DNA of 40,145 nucleotides from Reclinomonas americana ATCC 50394 (taxonomy: Eukaryota), in the NCBI GenBank assembly GCA_048213135.1, contig PS015009.1, positions 2,294,001-2,334,145 on the forward strand, written 5' to 3'. The notes beneath the pieces were generated by a model. That model saw only the letters and a list, made by a program, of their open reading frames with translations, was not told the DNA's origin and searched no databases. The position numbers were made by a program, and so were the translations under genes. Below are positions 1 through 7,505 of the stretch, piece by piece. Positions within the stretch are counted from its first letter, which is position 1, and each line of letters starts with the position of its first letter.

Positions 1-2
1 TT

Positions 3-890
3 AAAGTATGTTTCGGTTTCCTGGAACTGGCGCTGTCGCTGAAATTTTTGTCCAATGCCGACCTGGCCTATCACTGGCGCCTGCTCGACAGGGAGGTTTA
101 CCTCGCCCTGTGGATCGTGATCTTTGCACTGATGGGGCTGTACCTGCTGGGCAAACTCAAATTCAGTCATGATGATGAACTGCCCAAGAACGACTACGGC
201 TTACCCTATCTTACCGTAACCCGGTTGTTCTTCGCGATAACTGTATTCTCTTTCGTGGTATACCTGATCCCCGGCCTGTGGGGCGCCCCGCTGAAAGGCA
301 TCAGCGCCTGGATACCGGAAACCAAAACGCAGGACTTTAACCTGCATAAATCCTCTTTACTGGAACGCAATAATGCAACGGATACGGCAACAACATCGGG
401 CAATACGGTAAAACCCAAAAAATACACCTCCTTCCTGGAATCGGAAATACTGGGTGTGGAAGCTTTCTTTGAATATGAAGAAGCGCTGGCTGCCGCTAAA
501 GCGATGAACAAACCGGTGATGATCGACTTTACCGGTCATACCTGTGCCAACTGCCGTAAAATGGAAAGTGAAGTACTGAACCAGGACGAAATCAGGAATA
601 CGCTGAAAAAAGATTTTGTGCTGGCCTCACTGTATGTGGATGACAAATACGCACTCCCCGAAAGCGAACACTATACCTCAGCAATCGATGGCAGTTTCAT
701 CAAAAGGATGGGGTCGCGTAACCTCGACCTGGAGATGACCCTGGCCAATTCCAACGCCCAGCCTTTGTATCTTTTTGTTGATAAGGATGGCAAGCTCATT
801 AAAAACGCGGATGGCTACAATCCGGATATCAGTCGCTTTAAAAATATTCTTGAAGAAGTGAAAGCGGAGCATAAGAAGAGGTTCCCTTAG
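3..890 (+). CDS. dsbD: Thiol:disulfide interchange protein DsbD/CcdA family, C-terminal part (5' truncated by window edge)
   Basis: The frame is open from the window start (KVCFGFLELALSLKFLSNADL...). Transmembrane segments are followed by a thioredoxin domain with KPVMIDFTGHTCANCRKME (CxxC). Confidence 0.85.
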   Translation, partial: KVCFGFLELALSLKFLSNADLAYHWRLLDREVYLALWIVIFALMGLYLLGKLKFSHDDELPKNDYGLPYLTVTRLFFAITVFSFVVYLIPGLWGAPLKGISAWIPETKTQDFNLHKSSLLERNNATDTATTSGNTVKPKKYTSFLESEILGVEAFFEYEEALAAAKAMNKPVMIDFTGHTCANCRKMESEVLNQDEIRNTLKKDFVLASLYVDDKYALPESEHYTSAIDGSFIKRMGSRNLDLEMTLANSNAQPLYLFVDKDGKLIKNADGYNPDISRFKNILEEVKAEHKKRFP

Positions 891-891
891 T

Positions 892-923
892 AAATGTGCA
901 AATGTGCGGATATGCAGATGAGC
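892..923. repeat. Degenerate 8-bp tandem microrepeat (AAATGTGC AAATGTGC GGATATGC AGATGAGC) between convergent genes
   Basis: Read directly from the sequence; begins 2 nt after the dsbD stop codon. Confidence 0.7.
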
Positions 924-930
924 CAATATT

Positions 931-2427
931 TTAATCAAATACTTTTTTCTCCAGTCCGGGCCATACCTGTTGCAGGCTGATCCTGGGTTTGCGGCAGATG
1001 CAAACAGAAGTATTGTTCTCTTCACCTGTGTAGGGGTGCGTGATCTTTTTCACGAGTGTTACTTCCCCGAAGAACTGTTTCATATCATCCGGGCTTTTCC
1101 CGATACTGATCAGTACATCGCCTCTTTTATTGCCCGGTCCCCACAACCAGAAACTGCCGTGACTGCACACCGGTTCAGGTAAACTATATTTTTTACCGAG
1201 CAGGAAGACGGCGCCGGCTTCTCCATAATTGGAAGCCAGTATCACCGCCTGTTCCTTATCTGCAGGCGGGAGACTGCGGTACACACTGTCGGTAACCTGT
1301 ACCATATCGTTCCAGCCAAACATATCCGCATAATCGCTGGTGAGTTGGACCCTGCCATCATCTCCGGGCTTAAGGTGTTTGTAGGCTACATATTTTTCAA
1401 CCGGCAATACGGGTATGGCATCGGGTACAAAAGGTATTACGGGTAAAATAAGGATGGCCGCCACCACGTAATTCCACACCGGTCGTTTGGTAAACCATTG
1501 TTCTATCTGCACCGATCCTGCGGCGAACAATACCGGGTAGGCCGCGAAAAAATAATAGGATTTGGATTGCAGTATCCACATCGTCACAAAAATAAAAATG
1601 ACGGACACCGACAAAGCTTTGTAAGGTTTCAGTTTAGGATTGATGAAAAAAGCCACAGCGCCGATAAGGCTGATAATGAATGTGAATGGCAGTTTCAGCT
1701 GGTCTTTACCAAAAGCGGCTGGACTGATCTCCGATAATTGCGCCTCCTTCAGTTTCTGGTAATGCAGCGCAATGGGGAAATGATGCTGCCATTGCCAGAT
1801 GATATTGGGAAGAAGGATCAGTATGGCGATGATACCGGCTATGTACAGCCATTTGTCGCGGAATATCCTTCCTTTATCAAAGAACAGCAACCCAACCACA
1901 AGGCCTCCGCCCCAGATGAGCATGGTATACTTGGTGAGCAATCCCAGTCCGGCGGTTATGCCCAGCGCAATCGCCCACGCGGCCTGTTTGGTTTTGATGA
2001 ATTTCAGCAGGCAGTAAAAGCCCAGCGTCCAGAAGAACTGCTCAAAACCCACGGGCTGGAACAGGAGATGGTTGCGGAAGTAAGGCAGGAAACCCAGTAC
2101 ACAGATGCCCGCCAGCAGCACAGCTTTTTTGCCGCCGCCCAGTTCATAGGCGATGGCGCAGGTGAGTGCCAGCAGGCCGATGCCCGCCAGGGTGACAAAA
2201 AAACGCACCCCGCTTACGGAGTATCCGAAAACAGAAGTAGCCAGTTTACCCATAAAAGCGATGAACGGGGGAAACTCCATATAACCCCGAGCCAGGTGTT
2301 CGCCGGCCGACAGGTGCAGCAGCTCATCACGGTGAAAACCGTAGTTGCCATTACCAATAAGGTGTATGGCGAGTTTAACAAGACAGAGTATAAGGATGAG
2401 GGGCAGTAGTTTTTTCATGACTGCCAC
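931..2427 (-). CDS. Glycosyltransferase family 39 / ArnT-PMT-like polytopic membrane protein
   Basis: 498 aa with many TM helices; GYGFHRDE-like N-terminal motif (NYGFHRDELLH), GYMEFPP, GLGLLTKYT, PNIIWQ, KSYY and NYGEAGA. Confidence 0.8.
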   Translation of the reverse strand: MAVMKKLLPLILILCLVKLAIHLIGNGNYGFHRDELLHLSAGEHLARGYMEFPPFIAFMGKLATSVFGYSVSGVRFFVTLAGIGLLALTCAIAYELGGGKKAVLLAGICVLGFLPYFRNHLLFQPVGFEQFFWTLGFYCLLKFIKTKQAAWAIALGITAGLGLLTKYTMLIWGGGLVVGLLFFDKGRIFRDKWLYIAGIIAILILLPNIIWQWQHHFPIALHYQKLKEAQLSEISPAAFGKDQLKLPFTFIISLIGAVAFFINPKLKPYKALSVSVIFIFVTMWILQSKSYYFFAAYPVLFAAGSVQIEQWFTKRPVWNYVVAAILILPVIPFVPDAIPVLPVEKYVAYKHLKPGDDGRVQLTSDYADMFGWNDMVQVTDSVYRSLPPADKEQAVILASNYGEAGAVFLLGKKYSLPEPVCSHGSFWLWGPGNKRGDVLISIGKSPDDMKQFFGEVTLVKKITHPYTGEENNTSVCICRKPRISLQQVWPGLEKKVFD

Positions 2428-2469
2428 AATATACTATAATTCAGAAATTAATCTGGCCTGGCGGTATTC

Positions 2470-2958
2470 TCAGTGAGGCAGGCGTTCACGCACGTAGCCA
2501 TATACCCAGGTGCCGGCAAGCGCAGATAGCAGGGTGACCAGGATGACTGTAGCGCCCATGCCAATCTGTGCAAAGAGCGGACCCGGGCATGCACCGGTAA
2601 GCGCCCATCCCAGCCCGAAAACGAGCCCACCATATACCTGACCCTTGCTGAAGGATTTGGTATGAATACGTACAGGTTCACCATAAATAGTCTTTGCCCT
2701 GAATTTTCTGATCAGCCATACCGATAGCATAGCGGTAACTACAGCGCTGCCGATAACACCGTACATATGAAACGACTGAAAACGGAACATTTCCTGTATC
2801 CGGAACCAGCTTACGATCTCTGCCTTTACAAAAATGATCCCGAAGACAATTCCTGTAACCAGGTATTTCAGGAGATGATACCATCGGTGTGTCTGCACGC
2901 TTTCATTGACACAAATACTGTCAAGTGACCTTGTTTCAAATTCATTGGATGTCTTCAT
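2470..2958 (-). CDS. YeeE/YedE family sulfur-compound transporter subunit
   Basis: Hydrophobic; GGLVFGLGWALTGACPGP motif. Confidence 0.85.
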   Translation of the reverse strand: MKTSNEFETRSLDSICVNESVQTHRWYHLLKYLVTGIVFGIIFVKAEIVSWFRIQEMFRFQSFHMYGVIGSAVVTAMLSVWLIRKFRAKTIYGEPVRIHTKSFSKGQVYGGLVFGLGWALTGACPGPLFAQIGMGATVILVTLLSALAGTWVYGYVRERLPH

Positions 2959-2965
2959 GATGATT

Positions 2966-3529
2966 CTATAAGGAGAGTATTAAGGGTAATATGAAATTGG
3001 ACATCAGGATGCCACCGGCCATAAAGCAGCAAGTCGCTACCAATGATGGCCATTGCCATGTAGAAAGCCCCATAATGGCGTGCCCGCTGGTACAACCTCC
3101 GGCATACCGGGAGCCGAATCCCACCATGAAACCGCCAACCGGGATGAGCAGGAATCCCTTCAGGGTAAACAGGCTCTGCCAGTTAAACAACTGCCGGGGC
3201 ACCAGCCCTGAGAAATCAGTAATACTGCCGGCTGCAAGGCTTGTACTGAGCTGATTGTTTACGTGTACCGGTCCATTGTCGGGGAGAAAAGTCATCGCAA
3301 TAAAACCGCCTATAAAAATACCGCCTACGAAAAAAAGATTCCAGGCTTCTTTTTTCCAGTCATACTGAAAGAAAGGAATACCGGCAGGAATACAGGCGGC
3401 GCATATATGCCGCATGGACGAACTTATACCAAAGGATTTATTACCCATGAGCAGTAAGGCAGGTACCGTGAGCCCGATAAGCGGCCCTGCGATATACCAT
3501 GGCCATGGCTCTTTCAGAAATGTAAGCAT
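2966..3529 (-). CDS. YeeE/YedE family sulfur-compound transporter subunit
   Basis: PWPWYIAGPLIGL, FGISSSMRHICAAC and GFGSRYAGGCTSGHAIMG motifs. Confidence 0.88.
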   Translation of the reverse strand: MLTFLKEPWPWYIAGPLIGLTVPALLLMGNKSFGISSSMRHICAACIPAGIPFFQYDWKKEAWNLFFVGGIFIGGFIAMTFLPDNGPVHVNNQLSTSLAAGSITDFSGLVPRQLFNWQSLFTLKGFLLIPVGGFMVGFGSRYAGGCTSGHAIMGLSTWQWPSLVATCCFMAGGILMSNFILPLILSL

Positions 3530-3562
3530 ATGCCTGTATTGTTTTTTAGATTGAGAACCGGG

Positions 3563-4984
3563 TTAGGAAGTGACGGCCTGTTTCCCCTGGCAGGAGAATG
3601 CAGTGACCGGTACACTGGTCTTCGCGATGGCAGCAAAGCCGCCCTCAACTTCGGTGAAATTCCTGAATCCTCTTGATTGAAGCAGGGATGCAGCGATCAT
3701 GCTGCGGTATCCTCCTGCGCAATGCAGGTAGAAATGCTGTTCCGGGTCCAGCTCGCTGATCCAGTCATTAATATAGGCCAATGGTTTATTCTCGGCTTCT
3801 TCAATATGCTCAGCCTCGAATTCGCTCTCCTTTCGCACATCCACCACGCCTGCGCTGGTATGAGGAAGCTGTTCGGCAAATTCAGCGGCGCTGATCCGGT
3901 TCACCCTGTCGGTCTCTTTACCTGAGTTTAACCAGGTAGTGAATCCTTTTTCCAGGTGACCCAGCACATGATCGAAACCTACGCGGCTGAGCCGTGTGAT
4001 GGTTTCCTCTTCTTTACCATCCGGGGTTACCAGCAATAAAGGTTGATTGACATCACGGATAAGTGTTCCGGCCCAGGGTGCAAAATCGCCGTCGAGGCCG
4101 ATATTAACAGAGCCGGGAATGAATCCCCTGGCGAAATCTGCAGCCGGTCTTGTATCCAGTACCAGGGCGCCGGTATCTTCAACAGCCTTTTCAAAAGCAG
4201 TGGCATCCAGCGCCAGCATTCCATTCTTCAGCACATCACTGAAGTTGTTGTATCCCTGTTTATTCATGGCGACATTCATACCAAAATAGCCGGGAGGCGG
4301 AAGCAGGCCGTCTGTCACTTCTTTAATAAATTCAGCCTCGGTCATATTGTTACGAAGGGCGTAATTGTATTGTTTCTGGTTACCAATCGTTGATATCGTT
4401 TCCTTGCTCATATTCTTGCCGCAGGCGCTGCCGGCACCATGAGCGGGATACAGGATCACATCGTCGGGGAGTGGCATCACTTTATTCCGCAGGGAATGGT
4501 AAAGCAGGGCTGCCAGCTGTTCTTTTGAAAGTGAGGCTGCCCTCTGGGCGAGGTCGGGCCTGCCCACATCGCCTATAAAAAGCGTATCCCCGGAGAAAAG
4601 CGCATATTCCCGGTTATGCTTATCCAGCAGCAGGAAACAACTGCTCTCCATGGTATGTCCCGGCGTATGCAAAACCTTAATGCTGACCTCTCCCAATGGA
4701 AATACCTGCCCGTCTTCAGCGGCAACGCACTCAAAGCCGCAGGATGCCCCCGGACCGTAAATGATAGGGGCCCCTGTTTGCCGGGCAAGATCAAGATGTC
4801 CGCTTACGAAATCGGCATGGAAATGCGTCTCGAAAATATATTTAAGTACGACACCGTCTTTTTTCAGCCGGTCAAGGTAAGGCTGTATCTCCCGTAAAGG
4901 ATCAATGATAGCGGCTTCCCCGTTGCTGGTAATATAGTAGGCTCCCTGTGCGAGACAGCCTGTATAGATTTGTTCTATTTTCAT
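3563..4984 (-). CDS. MBL-fold persulfide dioxygenase fused to rhodanese domains (CstB/Blh-like)
   Basis: Start placed at ATG 4984 (MKIEQIYTGCLAQGAYY), downstream of a -7 element. Motifs ETHFHADFVSGH, HTPGHT, GDTLFIGDVGRPDL, PAHGAGSACGK and rhodanese loop HCAGGYRS. Confidence 0.9.
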   Translation of the reverse strand: MKIEQIYTGCLAQGAYYITSNGEAAIIDPLREIQPYLDRLKKDGVVLKYIFETHFHADFVSGHLDLARQTGAPIIYGPGASCGFECVAAEDGQVFPLGEVSIKVLHTPGHTMESSCFLLLDKHNREYALFSGDTLFIGDVGRPDLAQRAASLSKEQLAALLYHSLRNKVMPLPDDVILYPAHGAGSACGKNMSKETISTIGNQKQYNYALRNNMTEAEFIKEVTDGLLPPPGYFGMNVAMNKQGYNNFSDVLKNGMLALDATAFEKAVEDTGALVLDTRPAADFARGFIPGSVNIGLDGDFAPWAGTLIRDVNQPLLLVTPDGKEEETITRLSRVGFDHVLGHLEKGFTTWLNSGKETDRVNRISAAEFAEQLPHTSAGVVDVRKESEFEAEHIEEAENKPLAYINDWISELDPEQHFYLHCAGGYRSMIAASLLQSRGFRNFTEVEGGFAAIAKTSVPVTAFSCQGKQAVTS

Positions 4985-5003
4985 GATGATCGGTTTTATT
5001 ATG

Positions 5004-5048
5004 CAAAGTTGCTTTGTAAATATGGGCTGTACGGTGACTTTTGTTACA
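5004..5048 (-). promoter_or_regulatory. Crp-type box TGTAA-N6-TCACC (5048-5033) plus degenerate -7 element CAACTTTG (5011-5004) for the dioxygenase operon
   Basis: Two mismatches to TGTGA-N6-TCACA; 17/21 identical to the site at 5897-5917, with identical spacing to the -7 element. Confidence 0.65.
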
Positions 5049-5057
5049 CTTTCCTGC

Positions 5058-5855
5058 TCAATGAAAAAATATTTCACGGCCAATAATGTATAGCCCCATC
5101 AGCAGGATGAACCATCCAAAAGCAGGCTTGAGTTTTTTCTCATCGACCAGCAATGACAAGCGGCTGCCGATCAATATCCCGGCAACAGCTATTGCGGAAA
5201 TGATTAATAATAACGACCAGTCAATGCCGGGAGTGCCGGCGCTGCTGAAAAATCCCAGTAGCGAGTTAAGCGTAATAATGACCAGGGATGTGCCAACGGC
5301 TTTTTTCATTGGCAGGCGCAACAGGAAAACGAGCGCGGGAATAATGATGAAACCGCCACCGGCCCCAACCAGCGCGGTAATGAAACCTGTAAACACGCCC
5401 TGTACCAATATTCCTGCAAAGCCGGGACTCCCGCCATTGTTCATATTACCCGGTTGCGGTACAGAGGAACGGATCATTTTATAAGAAGCGGTAAGCATCA
5501 GCAGGGCAAAAAGGATCATCAGCAAAGTGGCTTTCCCGATAACTGCCTTACCTGAAAGTGATATGGTCGCGGGTATGGAAGGAAGCAGGAATGCCCGGGT
5601 GAGGATTGTTGATAGCATTGAAGGTATCCCGAAAAGCAACACCGCTTTAAGGTCGACCAGTTGATTCCTGTAATAACGTAAACTTCCGGCAGCGCTGGTG
5701 ACGCCCACAATAAAAAGGGAATACAGCATTGCTTTACCTGCATCCTGGTGAAACAGGTATACCAGCACGGGAACGGTAAGGATGCTGCCCCCGCCTCCCA
5801 TAAGTCCGAGGGAAACCCCAATAAGCAGTGCTGCGAAATATCCGAAAAATTCCAT
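5058..5855 (-). CDS. Sulfite exporter TauE/SafE family
   Basis: Two repeats of the glycine-rich motif (LGLMGGGGSILTVP; LVGAGGGFIIIP), AVGTSL, about 8 TM helices. Confidence 0.9.
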   Translation of the reverse strand: MEFFGYFAALLIGVSLGLMGGGGSILTVPVLVYLFHQDAGKAMLYSLFIVGVTSAAGSLRYYRNQLVDLKAVLLFGIPSMLSTILTRAFLLPSIPATISLSGKAVIGKATLLMILFALLMLTASYKMIRSSVPQPGNMNNGGSPGFAGILVQGVFTGFITALVGAGGGFIIIPALVFLLRLPMKKAVGTSLVIITLNSLLGFFSSAGTPGIDWSLLLIISAIAVAGILIGSRLSLLVDEKKLKPAFGWFILLMGLYIIGREIFFH

Positions 5856-5872
5856 GAGAAAAGGTTGAACTG

Positions 5873-5917
5873 CAAATCTCCGCCTGCCGGAGCGTATGTA
5901 CCGATACTTTAGTTACA
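5873..5917 (-). promoter_or_regulatory. Crp-type box TGTAA-N6-TATCG (5917-5902) overlapping the crp stop codon, plus degenerate -7 element GAGATTTG (5880-5873) for tauE
   Basis: Near copy of the 5028-5048 site with the same spacing. Confidence 0.6.
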
Positions 5918-6536
5918 TAAGGGTGATTTTATTCCTGCCGAGGCTTACTTTGCCTGTATCTTCCAATTGTTTCAGCAGTCGTGAAACCACCACTCTGGCA
6001 GTACCCAGTTCTTTGGCTATCTGTTCATGCGTTACAAAGATTTCCCGGTCACCGGTAAGCCGGCTTTTTTTGTGGAGCAGGTCCAGCAGTCTTTCATCCA
6101 CTTTCCTGAAAGCGACGGCATTGATGATCTCAAGGAGTTCCTCAAAACGTTTATGGTACAGCCGGAAAATATAGTCAAGCCATTCCGGGTATTGCTGTAT
6201 GAACTGACCGACTTTTTCTACCGGCAGGAAAAAGATCTCAGCATCCTCTTCCACTTCAGCCCTTATCTTACTGGTCTCATGGTGCATGCCGCCCAGGAAA
6301 GACATGATGCAGCTCTCACCCGGTTTAATATAATACAGCAGCAGTTCCTTGCCCTCCTCATCAGTACGCATAACACGAACACTGCCGCTGGCAACGATGG
6401 GTATGGAACGGATGTGGGCATTCTCGTTCAGGATTGTTTCACCTTCCGCATATCGTTTTATGGTGCAATGTTCAAATATTTTCTCTTTCAGTTCAGGTGA
6501 GCCCTGGAAGGCGGGGATATGGTCCTGTGTGATCAT
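5913..6536 (-). CDS. Crp/Fnr family transcriptional regulator
   Basis: cNMP-binding beta-roll (GSVRVMRTDEEGKELLLYYIKPGESC) and HTH THEQIAKELGTARVVVSRLLK. Confidence 0.92.
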   Translation of the reverse strand: MITQDHIPAFQGSPELKEKIFEHCTIKRYAEGETILNENAHIRSIPIVASGSVRVMRTDEEGKELLLYYIKPGESCIMSFLGGMHHETSKIRAEVEEDAEIFFLPVEKVGQFIQQYPEWLDYIFRLYHKRFEELLEIINAVAFRKVDERLLDLLHKKSRLTGDREIFVTHEQIAKELGTARVVVSRLLKQLEDTGKVSLGRNKITLM

Positions 6537-6540
6537 GATG

Positions 6541-6548
6541 CAAAGTTA
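6541..6548 (-). promoter_or_regulatory. Bacteroidota -7 promoter element TAACTTTG for the crp gene
   Basis: Exact TAnnTTTG a few nt upstream of the ATG. Confidence 0.6.
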
Positions 6549-6570
6549 AAATATATTGTGTGCCCGACAT

Positions 6571-6598
6571 GAAAAAGCCCTTCCGCAGAGGAAGGGCT
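6571..6598 (-). terminator. Intrinsic terminator of the ECF sigma gene
   Basis: AGCCCTTCC/GGAAGGGCT 9-bp stem followed by a T-run on the minus strand. Confidence 0.8.
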
Positions 6599-6626
6599 GA
6601 CTGTATTGGGGATTACAGAATGTCAG

Positions 6627-7208
6627 TTATAAGGCGATCTGCTTTTCAGTCATCATTTTGCGCAGGTTGATAAGACCGTAACGCATCCTGCCCAGCGCGG
6701 TATTGATGCTGCAGCTGGTGAGGTCGGCGATCTCTTTAAAGCTGAGATCGGCATAATGACGGAGGATGATCACTTCGCGTTGGTCATCGGGCAGCATATC
6801 TACCATTTTGCGAACACGGTCGTGGCTCTGGCCATTCATGATCCGCTGGTCAACGCCCGGCTCGCTGAAGTTCAGCACTTCAAAGATGTCGCGGTCGTCG
6901 CTGGTCTTGATGGCGGGGGTCCTTTTCACTTTCCTGAAATGGTCTACACACATGTTGTGGGCAATACGCATGGCCCAGGGCAGGAATTTGCCTTCATCGG
7001 TATAACGGCCACCTTTGAGGGTGTCGATCACACGGATGAACACATCCTGGAAAATGTCTTCGGCCAGGTACTTGTCCTTCACCAGTAAATAAATGGAAGT
7101 GTAAATTTTGTCCTTGTAACGCAATACAAGTGTAGCCAGGGCATCAGCGTCGCCGTCCATGTACAGGTGGATAAGCTGCTGGTCGGTAAGGTTGTTAAGG
7201 CATTTCAT
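6627..7208 (-). CDS. ECF-type RNA polymerase sigma-70 factor
   Basis: Region 2 (AEDIFQDVFI...FLPWAMRIAHNMCVDHFRK) and region 4 (LPDDQREVIILRHYADLSFKEIA...INTALGRMRY). Confidence 0.92.
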   Translation of the reverse strand: MKCLNNLTDQQLIHLYMDGDADALATLVLRYKDKIYTSIYLLVKDKYLAEDIFQDVFIRVIDTLKGGRYTDEGKFLPWAMRIAHNMCVDHFRKVKRTPAIKTSDDRDIFEVLNFSEPGVDQRIMNGQSHDRVRKMVDMLPDDQREVIILRHYADLSFKEIADLTSCSINTALGRMRYGLINLRKMMTEKQIAL

Positions 7209-7484
7209 AAACTTCTACAGTTTTAGATTGTTAGGATTGAATAACAGGACCAAAAACGGGAAAAATGAACGTAGAAGTCTTATATAGGCTTTAACGGTTT
7301 TTCACTTTTTTGGATATTGGACTGTAAAAATATAAATTGCCTCTATATGATGTACTAGTAGAATTACCCAATTTTACCAGTATCACAGGACAGTAAAAAT
7401 ACTGAAAGAACCATGTTAAAAAAGACAGGCGCCTGCCGTTTTAAGAAAATTTTCACATATCGCAGGCAGCACGAAAGCAAACGC

Positions 7485-7492
7485 TAATTTTG
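7485..7492 (+). promoter_or_regulatory. -7 promoter element TAATTTTG for uvrA
   Basis: Exact TAnnTTTG 13 nt upstream of the ATG. Confidence 0.6.
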
Positions 7493-7505
7493 CAGAACAT
7501 ATTGT

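Noticed and set aside
3563-4984. Antibiotic-hydrolysing metallo-beta-lactamase
   Set aside because: The HFHADF motif, rhodanese fusion, lack of a signal peptide and sulfur-gene context indicate a persulfide dioxygenase type.
4985-5083. N-terminal extensions in the ORF track (also 10814-10954, 18778-18798, 34755-34820, 36767-36796)
   Set aside because: They run through or start within -7 promoter elements, operators or terminators, and family-typical N-termini begin at the downstream starts.
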